Assembly (NCBI GenBank): GCA_963823375.1
Contig: CAWGLQ010000007.1
Location: 362-64,361, forward strand
DNA from: an uncultured Actinomycetes bacterium
GTDB taxonomy: Bacteria > Actinomycetota > Thermoleophilia > Solirubrobacterales > Solirubrobacteraceae
Direction: 5' to 3'
DNA: 64,000 nucleotides
The translations under genes were made by a program, and so were the position numbers. Shown in pieces: positions 20,256 to 29,986 of this stretch. The first letter of the stretch is position 1; each line of letters opens with the position of its first letter. The notes under the pieces are model-generated. The model was not told the origin of the DNA. It saw only the letters and a list, made by a program, of their open reading frames with translations, and searched no databases.

Positions 20256-21548
20256 TCAGGCGCCGGGGACGGTGGCGGCGGCCTTGCGCCGCGTCGCGGC
20301 GTCGCGCTCGATCGCCACGTCGCGCATGAGCTCCCACGCGGCCCGCAGCGGGTCGCCGGGGTCGAGGCGCTCGATCACGAGCTCGGCGTTCATCGGCGTC
20401 GTCGGCGAGCCCTCGTAGGCGACGGCGAGGACCGCCTCGGGCGTCAGGTCGCCGTCGAACCGGTCCTTCACGGCGTCCAGGTGCCCGGCGATCTTGAAGT
20501 TCGTCATCGTCAGCACGCACTTGCAGCAGCGTCCGCAGTTCCGCTCGCCCGGGACCTCCCAGCAGACGCTGAGCCACCGCACCGCGAACGGGTCGGGGCC
20601 GACGATCGCGGCCTTCTCGTTGCGCCCGCCGCCGCCGTCCTCGGACACGAACCGCAGCGCGGACGAGGACCAGCGGTGGTCGAGGTCCTGGTGCGTGCCG
20701 GCCGGGGCGGCGTCGCCGGTCGGGTAGGCCGCGGCGATCAGCGCCTCGCCGATGACCGGGGAGAGCAGCAGGCCGGCGCCGGCGAGGACCGCGCCGTGGC
20801 TGAAGTCCCAGGCGATGACGGGTTCCAGGAGCGCGCGTGCGTCCGTGCTCACCTGGAGCAGCGGCAGGCCGGCGTCCGCGGCGGCGGCGACCGTGCCGCG
20901 CCAGACGGCCTCGGTGCCGGCGTCGCGGTAGGGCGGGTCCTCCCAGGAGAGGCCGATGAGCGCGTCCAGGCGCTCGCGCTGCCGCACGAACGAGGCCATC
21001 GAGTCCAGGCCGCGCGAGAGGAACAGGCCGACGCCGGGTGCCGGGGAGACGGGCGGCGCGGTCTCCGCGGCCACGACCGCAGGGGCCCGCCAGCCGAACC
21101 AGCGCGCGAGCTGCGCGCCCCCGGCCTCGGCGCCTGCGCGGGCGGTCTCGTCGACCGGCCCGTCGATGTGGGCGTCATGGCTCTGGCCGACGGCGAGCGC
21201 CGCGGCGATCGGGGCGAAGGGCGTGGCCGAGCGGTCGACGTCGGCGAGCGTCGCGCCGTGGCGGCGCAGGTGGATCCGTCCCGAAGGCCCCGTCCCGCCC
21301 TCGACGAGCATCGACGCCACGGCGACGTCGCCGACCTGCTCGTGGCGCAGGTCGCTGAAGCGGACGACGCGGGATCCCGCGGTGGCCGCGGCGCGCTCGC
21401 GGCGCCGCCGGCGGGGGCGCGGGTCCCGCGCCTCGTCCAGCGCGGCGCGCAGCGACAGCGCGTAGCGCTCGGCCTCGCGGAAGGAGTTCTCGAGCGCGCG
21501 GGCGTGCCGCTGGAGCTCCAGGAAACGGTTCTCGGCGCGCAGCCCCAC
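20256..21548 (-). CDS. uncharacterised protein: N-terminal coiled coil plus C-terminal domain with a PP-loop-like SRGLDS motif and a CGRCCKC cysteine cluster
   Basis: 430-aa ORF with natural-looking composition. RAENRFLELQRHARALENSFREAERYALSLRAALDEAR; VGLFLSRGLDSMASFV; WLSVCWEVPGERNCGRCCKCVLTMTNFKIAGHLD. The start is uncertain: the frame is open upstream of GTG 21548 and may be fused to the upstream gene. Confidence 0.55.
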   Translation of the reverse strand: MGLRAENRFLELQRHARALENSFREAERYALSLRAALDEARDPRPRRRRRERAAATAGSRVVRFSDLRHEQVGDVAVASMLVEGGTGPSGRIHLRRHGATLADVDRSATPFAPIAAALAVGQSHDAHIDGPVDETARAGAEAGGAQLARWFGWRAPAVVAAETAPPVSPAPGVGLFLSRGLDSMASFVRQRERLDALIGLSWEDPPYRDAGTEAVWRGTVAAAADAGLPLLQVSTDARALLEPVIAWDFSHGAVLAGAGLLLSPVIGEALIAAAYPTGDAAPAGTHQDLDHRWSSSALRFVSEDGGGGRNEKAAIVGPDPFAVRWLSVCWEVPGERNCGRCCKCVLTMTNFKIAGHLDAVKDRFDGDLTPEAVLAVAYEGSPTTPMNAELVIERLDPGDPLRAAWELMRDVAIERDAATRRKAAATVPGA

Positions 21549-22857
21549 GTCGTCGACGACCCGCGCGGCCGCCGCCCACGGCCCGCGCGGCTGCGGGCCG
21601 GCCGTGGGCTGCGGCGGGCTCGTCAGGGCCGCGGGACTCGCCCGCGAGGCTCGCCGTGACCGCCGCCACGTGCGCGGCCCGCGACGCCCGCCAGCCGGGG
21701 AGCAGCCCTTCGACGTGCGCGCGGATCTCGGCCCGCTGCTCCCAGAGGTCCGCTCCCGCGTCGGCGAGCAGCTCTGTCGCGGCGTCCAGCGGCAGGCTCC
21801 AGGCGTCGAGGCCGGCGGCGCCGAGCGCGCCGCGCGTCTTCACCCGCGTGTAGCCGTCGACGTGGATCCCGAGGCACGGGACGCCGCCGCCGAGGCCGAA
21901 GACGAGCGGGTGGTAGCGGGCGGAGATCACGAGGTCCGCGCGGCGCGTCAGCGCGGCCGTCTGCGCGGGCGGCAGGAGCCCCAGCGCCGTGGCGGGCGCG
22001 CCGAGGCGGGTGAGTGCGCGCAGCAGCTCGTCACCGACGCGCAGGTCGCGGACGAGCGCCCCGTCGAGCGAGCCCTCGTGCGGGATCAGGACGATCTGCG
22101 CCCCCGCCGCGCCGGCGAGCTCGGCGAGCTGCCGTGCCAGCGCTGCGAGGAGGGGTCCGGCATCCGCCGGGCGGCCCAGCGGCGGGATCGTCACCGCGAT
22201 CCACGGGCCGTCCGGCACGGACACGGCCGGGTCCCCATCGCCGAGCAGGAGCGCGTCGTCGAGCTGGAGCGTCAGGCGCTCCGCCGGGACGCCGAGCTCC
22301 GCGGCGAGCGCCAGGGAGTCGGGCTCGCGGACGCCGACGAGCGCCGCGTGCGCCAGCGCGCCGGCGAGCAGCTCGCGCTCGCGGTCGGCGAGCACAGGGC
22401 CGATCGTCTGGCCGCTCACGACCACCGGCAGCCCGCGGCGCGCGGCCAGTTCGATCAAGGCCACGCGCTCGTACAGGTGCTCCGGCCACGTCGCCGTGAG
22501 GTTCCCGCCGCCGGTGACGAGCAGCCCGCCCGCGCGGTCGAGCGCGGCCAGGACGGCGCCCGCCGGGTCGCCGTCCGGGACCGCCGCCACGTCGGAGAAC
22601 CCGAGCACCTCGGCGAGACGCGCCTCGCGCGCCGCGGTGTCGTCGCCGCCCGAGAAGCCGAGCCGCGGGACGGCCGGGATCCCCGTGCGCTGCGTCGTGT
22701 GCGCGGGGTCGACGGACATCGCGATCCAGTCCTGCGGCGCACCGGCGCCCGGCACGAGCGCGTCGAACATCGCCTCGTCGCCGACGTGGAAGGCGGTCCG
22801 GTGGCCGATGTCGCCGATCGCGACGACGGGCCGGCTCTCAGGGCGTTGCGCGGTCAC
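21549..22857 (-). CDS. polysaccharide pyruvyl transferase family protein (3' end uncertain)
   Basis: GTG at 22857. VAIGDIGHRTAFHVGDEAMFDAL...LLVTGGGNLTATWPEHLYERVALIELAARRGLPVVVSGQTIGP...ADLVISARYHPLVFGLGGGVPCLGI is CsaB/WcaK-like. The in-frame ORF runs on to 21175 as Arg/Ala/Pro-rich sequence overlapping the next gene, so a frame break or lost stop near 21600 is likely. Confidence 0.65.
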
Positions 22858-22896
22858 AGCGGCGCCCTACCATCGCACGGCGTAGGCTCCCGCCGC

Positions 22897-23469
22897 ATGC
22901 CGATCGAGGCCACCGCCACCACCCTGCCCGGCGTGCTGCTGCTGCAGCCGCGCGTCTTCCCCGACGACCGCGGGTTCTTCTGCGAGACCTACCGGGAGAA
23001 CGACCTCGCCGCCGCCGGCATCACCGAGGCGTTCGTCCAGGACAACCACTCGCGGTCCACTCGCGGCGTGCTGCGCGGCCTGCACTTCGCGATCGGCGAG
23101 GGATCCTCGAAGCTCGTGCGCTGCGGCCGCGGCCGGATCTGGGACGCGGTCGTGGACCTGCGCGCCGGCTCGCCGACCTACGGGCGCTGGGAGGGCTTCG
23201 AGCTCACCGACGACTCGATGCAGGTGCTCTACGTCCCGGCCGGCTTCGGTCACGGGTTCTGCGTGCTGAGCGACGTGGCGGACGTCCTCTACAAGCAGTC
23301 GCACTACTACGACCCCGCCGTCGAGCGGGGCATCGCGTGGAACGACCCGCAGGTCGGCGTGGAGTGGCCGCTGCCGGCGGAGGAGATCGTCGTCTCCGAG
23401 CGCGACACGACCGCGCCGTTGCTGACCGAGATCTCGGACGACCTGCCGTTCGTCTTCCAGGCGGCCTGA
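22897..23469 (+). CDS. rmlC: dTDP-4-dehydrorhamnose 3,5-epimerase
   Basis: ATG at 22897. PGVLLLQPRVFPDDRGFFCETY...QDNHSRSTRGVLRGLHF...KLVRCGRGRIWDAVVDLRAGSPTYGRWEGFEL...LYVPAGFGHGFCVLSD is the canonical RmlC cupin signature. Intact. Confidence 0.9.
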   Translation: MPIEATATTLPGVLLLQPRVFPDDRGFFCETYRENDLAAAGITEAFVQDNHSRSTRGVLRGLHFAIGEGSSKLVRCGRGRIWDAVVDLRAGSPTYGRWEGFELTDDSMQVLYVPAGFGHGFCVLSDVADVLYKQSHYYDPAVERGIAWNDPQVGVEWPLPAEEIVVSERDTTAPLLTEISDDLPFVFQAA

Positions 23470-23472
23470 GCG

Positions 23473-24534
23473 ATGCGCGTCCTCGTCACCGGCGGCGCCG
23501 GCTTCATCGGCTCCTCGATCGCGCTGGCGCTCGCCGAGCGCCACCCCGGCATGGAGGTGCTCGCCGCCGACAATCTCTACCGCCGCGGCTCCGAGCTGAA
23601 CCTCCCGCGGCTGAAGGCGGCCGGCGTCGCGTTCCACCACGCCGACGTGCGCCATCTGGCGGACCTCGAGGCGATCGGGGAGTTCGACGCGATGGTCGAG
23701 TGCTCGGCCGAGCCGTCGGTGATGGCGTCGGTGGACGGCGGCGGCGACTACGTCGTGCAGGCCAACCTGATCGGCGCCTACAACTGCCTGGAGGCGGCCG
23801 CGCGCCGCGGCGCCCAGGTCGTCTTCCTCTCGACGAGCCGCGTCTACCCGGTCGCCGCGCAGGAGTCCCTGGCGACCCGAGAGGGCGAGACGCGCCTGGA
23901 GCTCGCCGCGAGCCAGCCGCTTCCCGGCGCCTCCGCCGCCGGCATCGCCGAGGACTTCCCGCTCGCCGGCGCCCGCACCCTCTACGGCGCGACGAAGCTC
24001 GCGGCCGAGCTGCTGATCGAGGAGTACCGGGCCGAGCGCGGCATCAGCGCCGTGGTCAACCGCTGCGGCGTCGTCGCCGGCCCGTGGCAGATGGGGAAGG
24101 TCGACCAGGGCGTCTTCACCCACTGGATGCTGAGCTTCGTCCTCGGCCGCCCGCTGAGCTACATCGGCTACGGCGGGACCGGCAAGCAGGTGCGCGACCT
24201 GCTGCACGTCGCCGATCTCGTCGACCTCGTCGACGAGCAGCTCGCCGATCCCGGCCACTGGGACGGGCGCACGTTCAACGTCGGCGGCGGGCGCGAGGTC
24301 AGCCTGTCGCTGCTGGAGACGACCGCGATCTGCCGCGAGCTGACGGGCTCGGACATGGCGGTCGGCAGCGTGCCGCAGACGCGCCAGGGCGACGTGCCCG
24401 TCTACCTCAGCGACTGCAGCGCGCTGTTCTCACACACGGCCTGGCGTCCCCGCCGCGGGGCGGGCGACATCCTCGGCGACATCCACGGGTGGATCCTCGC
24501 CAACGAACCCCTCGTCCGCGCTGCGCTCGGCTGA
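23473..24534 (+). CDS. NAD-dependent epimerase/dehydratase (extended SDR)
   Basis: Intact 353-aa ORF. MRVLVTGGAGFIGSSIALALA (Rossmann GxxGxxG); YGATKLAAELL (YxxxK). Confidence 0.85.
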   Translation: MRVLVTGGAGFIGSSIALALAERHPGMEVLAADNLYRRGSELNLPRLKAAGVAFHHADVRHLADLEAIGEFDAMVECSAEPSVMASVDGGGDYVVQANLIGAYNCLEAAARRGAQVVFLSTSRVYPVAAQESLATREGETRLELAASQPLPGASAAGIAEDFPLAGARTLYGATKLAAELLIEEYRAERGISAVVNRCGVVAGPWQMGKVDQGVFTHWMLSFVLGRPLSYIGYGGTGKQVRDLLHVADLVDLVDEQLADPGHWDGRTFNVGGGREVSLSLLETTAICRELTGSDMAVGSVPQTRQGDVPVYLSDCSALFSHTAWRPRRGAGDILGDIHGWILANEPLVRAALG

Positions 24535-25479
24535 GCGGAGCATCGCGATCCCGCCGTAGCGGGTCAGGAGCAGGATCAGCCCGAGGATCGTGATCGGGAC
24601 GAAGACGACGAAGCGGTACATGAGCAGGACGCTCACCGCCGCCGAGCCCGTGACGTTCGCCGCCTTGAGCCCGAACACCACCGCGGCGTCGAACGTGCCG
24701 ACGAACCCGGGCGCTGCGGGAATCAGGGCGAAGAAGCTCGCCAGCACGACGGTCGCGAACGCCTCCGCCCAGCTCAGCGAGATGTCGAGCGCGTCGGCGA
24801 TCAGCGCCAGCGTCACGCCCTCCCCGATCCACACCAGGCACGTCAGCAGCAGCAGGCCCACGCCCCACGGAGTCACCAGCAGCCGCGAGCCGCGAGCCAC
24901 GGGCCGGATGCGCGCCGCGAACGCCTCGAACCGGCCGGCCATGCGCAGCCGGTGGTACACGTAGAGCGCCGCTGCACCGACGATCGTCGCGGCTGCGGCC
25001 GCGACCGCGACGGACGGGCCGATCGAGGTCTTCTGCGCTCCGAGAAGCGTGATGACGGCGAACAGCAACGCGAGCGCGGCGACATCGAGCACGCGCTCGG
25101 GCACGATCGTCCCGAGGATCTCGCGCCGCCGCGCCCCGGTCCGGTCGCCCATCACGAGAATGCGCAGCACCTCCCCGCCGCGCGCCGGAAGGACCGTGTT
25201 GCCCATGTATCCCACGACCGTGACGCCCATGGCGTCGGCGGTCTGGTGCTCGATCGCGGCGTGCCGCAGGATCACGTGCCAGCGCCAGCCGCGAGCGAGC
25301 GTCTCGAGCGCATACACGACGACCGCGGCGAGGATCAGCGCCCATCCGCCGGTGTCCCCGGGGAATGTCGGCGCCTCCTGCTTGAGGGCCCACCAGACGA
25401 CGCCGGCGAGGGCGACGAGGGAGATGACGATGCCGAGCGCACGCTCGGCGTGCCGTCGCTGGCGTGCTGACAGGGCCAC
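24430..25479 (-). CDS. flippase-like / lysylphosphatidylglycerol-synthase TM-region family membrane protein
   Basis: GTG at 25479, 349 aa, about 8 helices. GYMGNTVLPARGGEVLRILVM...FFALIPAAPGFVGTFDAAVVFGLK resembles the UPF0104/LPG_synthase_TM pattern. The 3' end overlaps the convergent epimerase gene by 105 nt. Confidence 0.65.
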   Translation of the reverse strand: MALSARQRRHAERALGIVISLVALAGVVWWALKQEAPTFPGDTGGWALILAAVVVYALETLARGWRWHVILRHAAIEHQTADAMGVTVVGYMGNTVLPARGGEVLRILVMGDRTGARRREILGTIVPERVLDVAALALLFAVITLLGAQKTSIGPSVAVAAAAATIVGAAALYVYHRLRMAGRFEAFAARIRPVARGSRLLVTPWGVGLLLLTCLVWIGEGVTLALIADALDISLSWAEAFATVVLASFFALIPAAPGFVGTFDAAVVFGLKAANVTGSAAVSVLLMYRFVVFVPITILGLILLLTRYGGIAMLRSAERSADEGFVGEDPPVDVAEDVARPAAGTPGRV

Positions 25480-25545
25480 TCCGCAGAGAGTCTAGGAGGC
25501 GTGGCAGAGCGCAGGGTCCGCCTGCGCGGTCATGCTGTCACCGGT

Positions 25546-27430
25546 ATGGCGCCCCGCCGGTCGTTCGATTTCCGTTACATGTGGCTGGCGCTGCTGACCC
25601 TGTTGTGTGCACCGCTCGCGGCCGCTCACACATTCGGTGGGTTCTCGGCGTACGACGACGAGGGGTACTTCACCCTCGCGATCAAAAACGTGCTTGCCGG
25701 CGGGCGCCTGTACCAGGATGTCCTGGCCCAGCACGGACCGTTCTACTTCGAGTTCTGGAGTACGGCGTTCGGTTTCGGCGCGCTCGACGTCTCCACCAAC
25801 ATCGCGCGCGGGATCGTGGTCGGCCTGTGGCTGCTGATCGCCTTCGTCTGCGGCGCCGCGGCGCTGCGATTCACCAATCGACTGGCCGTCGCCGCGACCG
25901 TGCTCCTCGCGGTCGCGATCCTGAACTACGGCCTCGCGGCCGAGCCGACGCATCCCGGCTCGCTCATCGAGCTGCTCCTCGCGGTGATCGCGCTCACGTT
26001 GTCCTCGCGCCTGCGGCCGTCGTCGATGTGGGGGTGGGCGGGCGCGCTGGCGGGCCTGCTGATCATGGTCAAGATCAACATGGGAGGCCTGGCGGCGATC
26101 GGCCTCCTGTTCGCGGCCGCCTGCGCGTGCTCGTCGACCGGCCGGACACGAGCGCTGCAGGTGGCGGCCGGCGGGCTGATGGTGGCCGTCCCGTTCCTGC
26201 TCACGGCGCCGGACCTCGACCAGAGCGGGATTCAGACCTACGCGGCCCTGGTCGCGCTGTCGGCGCTGGCGGTCGTGCTCGTCGTGCTCCCGCGCCGCGG
26301 CGCGGCGCGCGAGGTCACCGTTTCCCAGACGGTCCGTCCGCTCCTGATCGGATCGCTGTGTGCGGTCTCGGCCAGCGCGCTGGTCGCGTGGGTCGCCTTC
26401 GGCGCCGATCCCGCAGCGGTGTTCAGAGCGGTCGTCATCGATGCGAGCGACCAGCGCGACACCCTCTCCAACCTCATCGTCCTGCCGGTCGAGCTGCTCG
26501 ACCTCGGGCTGATCGCCGTCGTCGCCGCGTTCGCGCTGCGCCGCAGCGGGATGCTCGAGCGCCTGGCCGTCAGCGACCATCCCGCGCACGCCCTGGCCCG
26601 GCTCCTGGCCGGGCTGGCGATCGTCCTCTCGGTCGTGGGCGGCTCGCCACTGCACTTCGGCACGGCGGTGGCGGTCTTCGGCCTGGCGACGCCGCTCGCC
26701 TGGGTCGCCGCGCTCCCGCGCCCCGGCGTCGGCCCGGCGCAGGCGGCCGTCGCGCGCGGGACTCGTCGCCGTCGCCGTCCTGCAGCCGCTGCACGCCTAT
26801 CCGGTGGCGGGATCGCAGCTGCGGTTCGGGTCGCTGCTGCTGCTGGTGGTCGGCGGCCTGTGCCTCGGCGACGGGATCGACCTCCTCGACCGGCGCGCGG
26901 TGGCGAACGCCGGCAGCAGGGCCGCGCGGTTCGCCGCGGTCGCCGCGTCCGGGCTGGTGATCGCGCTCGGCGCGAAGATCGCGCTCGAGCAGGTCGGCCA
27001 CCAGACGCAGATCGACTTCGAGGCCCGCGCCGGGCTCCGGCCGCTCCCCTTCTCGGGGGCGAACCACGTGCGCGTCCCGGAGGACGTGGCGGAACAGTAC
27101 GACGCGCTGGTGGTCGCGATCCGCACCAACTGCGACACGCTGCAGACACTTCCCGGCATGGCCTCGCTGAACCTCTGGAGCTTCGTGGATCCGCCGACGG
27201 GCCTCAACGCGACGTTCTGGCCATACCTGCTCGACGACGCCCAGCAGCGTCGCGTCGTCAGGGCGCTGACCGCCTCCGACCGGCCGTGTCTCGTGCGCAA
27301 CGACGAGCTTCTCGAAAGCATCACCCGCAGGCCGATTCCCGACGGACCGCTCCTGCGGTACCTCTCGAGCGGGTGGGAGACGCGGTTTCAGACCGGCCGC
27401 TACCAGCTGCAGACGCCGCGGGCCAACTAG
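25546..27430 (+). pseudogene. large polytopic membrane protein with C-terminal soluble domain, one frame break
   Basis: ATG at 25546 in ORF 25501..27435. FGGFSAYDDEGYFTLAIKNVLAGGRLYQDVLAQHGPFYFEFW... with many helices up to VAALPRPGVGPAQAA. A break near 26750 leads to RARLVAVAVLQPLHAYPVAGSQLRFGSLLLLVVGG...NLWSFVDPPTGLNATFWPYLLDDAQQRRVV... (ORF 26804..27430). No family recognised. Confidence 0.55.
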
Positions 27431-27441
27431 GCTGAGCGTTC

Positions 27442-28515
27442 ATGGGCATCGCCATCGTCACCGGCTCCGGGGGCCTCATCGGCTCCGAGACCGTCCGGCA
27501 CTTCAGCACCGAGGGACTGGACGTCATCGGGTTCGACAACGACATGCGTGCGAGCTTCTTCGGACCGGACGCCTCGACGCGGCACATGAGCGAGAAGCTC
27601 ACGGGCGAGTTCGACACGTTCCGCCCGCTGGATCTGGACATCCGCGATCGCGAGGGCGTGGAGCGGGTGTTCGCCGAGCACGCCAAGGACATCGAGCTGA
27701 TCGTCCACACCGCGGCGCAGCCCTCGCACGACTGGGCGGCGTCCGACCCGCACACCGACTTCACCGTCAACGCGAACGGCACGCTCAACCTGCTCCAGGC
27801 GGCGCGCGAGCACACGCCGGACGCGACGTTCATCTTCACCTCGACGAACAAGGTGTACGGCGACCGGCCGAACGTCCTGCCGCTCGTCGAGCTCGAGACG
27901 CGCCTCGAGCTGCCGGAGGACCACCGCTGGTACGGCGGCATCGACCTGGAGATGCCGATCGACCTCTGCACGCACAGCCTGTTCGGCGTGTCCAAGGCCG
28001 CGGCCGACCTGCTCGTGCAGGAGTACGGGCGCTATTTCGACATGCCGACGGTCTGCTTCCGCGGCGGTTGCCTGACGGGCCCCCAGCACGCGGGCGCGCA
28101 GCTGCACGGCTTCCTCGCCTACCTGATGCGCTGCACGGTCACCGGCGACGCGTACACGATCTTCGGCTACGACGGCAAGCAGGTCCGCGACAACATCCAC
28201 GCGGTCGACGTGACGCGGGCGTTCGGCGCCTTCCACGCCAACCCGCGGCCGGCGGCGGTCTACAACCTCGGCGGCGGGCGGCAGAGCAACGTCTCGATGC
28301 TCGAGGCGATCGCCCTGTGCCAGGAGATCGCCGGGCGCGAGCTCGACTACACGCTCTCCGATCAGGCCCGGATCGGCGACCATCGCTGGTGGATCAGCGA
28401 CCTGACGGACTTCAAGCGCGACCATCCGGGGTGGGACATCACCTTCGGGATCGAGGACGTCCTGCGCGAGATTCACGATCACAACGTCGAGCAGTGGCTG
28501 GCGACGAGTCGCTGA
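27442..28515 (+). CDS. NAD-dependent epimerase/dehydratase (extended SDR, CDP-paratose 2-epimerase-like)
   Basis: Intact 357-aa [21 protein letters not shown]; [10 protein letters not shown]; [11 protein letters not shown] (YxxxK-type with F/S variation); [20 protein letters not shown]. Confidence 0.8.
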   Translation: MGIAIVTGSGGLIGSETVRHFSTEGLDVIGFDNDMRASFFGPDASTRHMSEKLTGEFDTFRPLDLDIRDREGVERVFAEHAKDIELIVHTAAQPSHDWAASDPHTDFTVNANGTLNLLQAAREHTPDATFIFTSTNKVYGDRPNVLPLVELETRLELPEDHRWYGGIDLEMPIDLCTHSLFGVSKAAADLLVQEYGRYFDMPTVCFRGGCLTGPQHAGAQLHGFLAYLMRCTVTGDAYTIFGYDGKQVRDNIHAVDVTRAFGAFHANPRPAAVYNLGGGRQSNVSMLEAIALCQEIAGRELDYTLSDQARIGDHRWWISDLTDFKRDHPGWDITFGIEDVLREIHDHNVEQWLATSR

Positions 28516-29345
28516 CCGGCGGCACGTCGCTGCGGCTGTCGGTCGTCATCCCCGCCCACAACGAGGAGGGGTCGATCGAGGCGACGGTCACGGCCGTCGC
28601 CGAACGCCTGACGGCCGAGAGCATCGCCTACGAGATCGTCGTCGTGGACGACGGCTCGCGCGACCGGACGGCCGAGATCGTCGCGCGCCTGGCCGCCACC
28701 GACCCCGGGATCCGCTGTGTGCGCAACGAGCCGCCCAACGGGTTCGGCCTCGCGGTGCGGCGCGGGCTCGAGGTGTTCACGGGCGATGCGGTGGTGATCG
28801 TCATGGCTGACCTGTCCGACTCGCCGCAGGACATCGTCGCCTACCACCGGCTGCTGGAGGACGGCTACGACTGCGCGTTCGGATCGCGGTTCATCCGCGG
28901 CGGCGAGGTCCACGACTACCCGCGCGCGAAGCTCGTCATGAACCGCGCCGTGAACGCCTTCATCCGCATCCTCTTCGGGCACGGCTACAACGACACGACG
29001 AACGCGTTCAAGGCCTATCGCCGCGAGGTGATCGAGACCGTCCAGCCGCTCGTGTCCAACCACTTCAACCTGACGGTCGAGCTGCCGCTCAAGGCCGTCA
29101 TCCGCGGCCATTCCTACGCGATCATCCCGATCTCGTGGACCAACCGCACGAGCGGCGAGAGCAAGCTGCGCCTGCAGGAGATGGGCAGCCGCTACCTGTA
29201 CATCGTGCTCATGGTGCTCCTCGAGCACCGCCTGAGCCGCGGCGACTACCGCCGTCACGACCTGCCCGCGCGACGCCACCGCTGGACGCGCCGCCTCTCG
29301 GGCCCCGACGTCATCACCAGCCCACGCGAGCAGGGAAAGCCATGA
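28494..29345 (+). CDS. GT2 glycosyltransferase, dolichyl/polyprenyl-phosphate sugar synthase-like
   Basis: GTG at 28494 (overlaps the upstream gene by 22 nt). [18 protein letters not shown]...[16 protein letters not shown]...[14 protein letters not shown]...GSRFIRGG...[14 protein letters not shown]...[12 protein letters not shown]. The stop overlaps the next ATG (ATGA). Confidence 0.8.
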   Translation: MAGDESLTGGTSLRLSVVIPAHNEEGSIEATVTAVAERLTAESIAYEIVVVDDGSRDRTAEIVARLAATDPGIRCVRNEPPNGFGLAVRRGLEVFTGDAVVIVMADLSDSPQDIVAYHRLLEDGYDCAFGSRFIRGGEVHDYPRAKLVMNRAVNAFIRILFGHGYNDTTNAFKAYRREVIETVQPLVSNHFNLTVELPLKAVIRGHSYAIIPISWTNRTSGESKLRLQEMGSRYLYIVLMVLLEHRLSRGDYRRHDLPARRHRWTRRLSGPDVITSPREQGKP

Positions 29346-29986
29346 ACTACGAACGCCTCTACGAGTATCGCTTCCGCGACATCGACCAGGACGCCCGCAC
29401 GGCCGTCTGGGGCGAGATCGCGCCGTTCATCCACGAGGTGCTCGGGCGCCCCCGGATCGTGCTCGACCCCGCGGCCGGCCGCGGCGAGTTCATCAACGCC
29501 GTCCCCGCGGAGGAGCGCTGGGCGGTCGACATGGTCGACTACCCCGAGGGCACCCACGCGCCCGGGACGAAGGTCGTCGTCTCCGACATCTTCGACGCGG
29601 ACCTCCCGGAGCAGTACTTCGACGGTGTCTGGGTCTCCAACTTCCTCGAGCACCTGCTCAGCCAGGAGGACTGCGCGCGGTTCCTGGAGAAGATGCACAG
29701 CATCCTGAAGCCGGGCGGGCGGATCGCCATCATGGGCCCGAACTTCAGGTACTGCGCAAAGGACTACTTCGACTGCGCGGACCACACGCTGATCTTCACC
29801 CACGGCGCGATCGCCGAGCACCTCTACGCAGCCGGGTTCGAGCCCGAGCGCATCGAGCCCCGCTTCCTGCCGTACTCGTTCCGCAGCAAGCTGCCGCCGT
29901 CGCCGGCCGGGACCCGCCGCTACCTGCGCACCCCCGCCGCCTGGCGCCTGCTGGGCAAGCAGTTCCTGGTGGTCGGGCGGGCGTGA
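29342..29986 (+). CDS. SAM-dependent methyltransferase
   Basis: ATG at 29342. IVLDPAAGRGEFINAV...VVVSDIFDADLPEQYFDGVWVSNFLEHLLSQEDCARFLEKMHSILKPGGRIAIMGPN. The stop overlaps the next GTG (GTGA). Confidence 0.75.
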   Translation: MNYERLYEYRFRDIDQDARTAVWGEIAPFIHEVLGRPRIVLDPAAGRGEFINAVPAEERWAVDMVDYPEGTHAPGTKVVVSDIFDADLPEQYFDGVWVSNFLEHLLSQEDCARFLEKMHSILKPGGRIAIMGPNFRYCAKDYFDCADHTLIFTHGAIAEHLYAAGFEPERIEPRFLPYSFRSKLPPSPAGTRRYLRTPAAWRLLGKQFLVVGRA

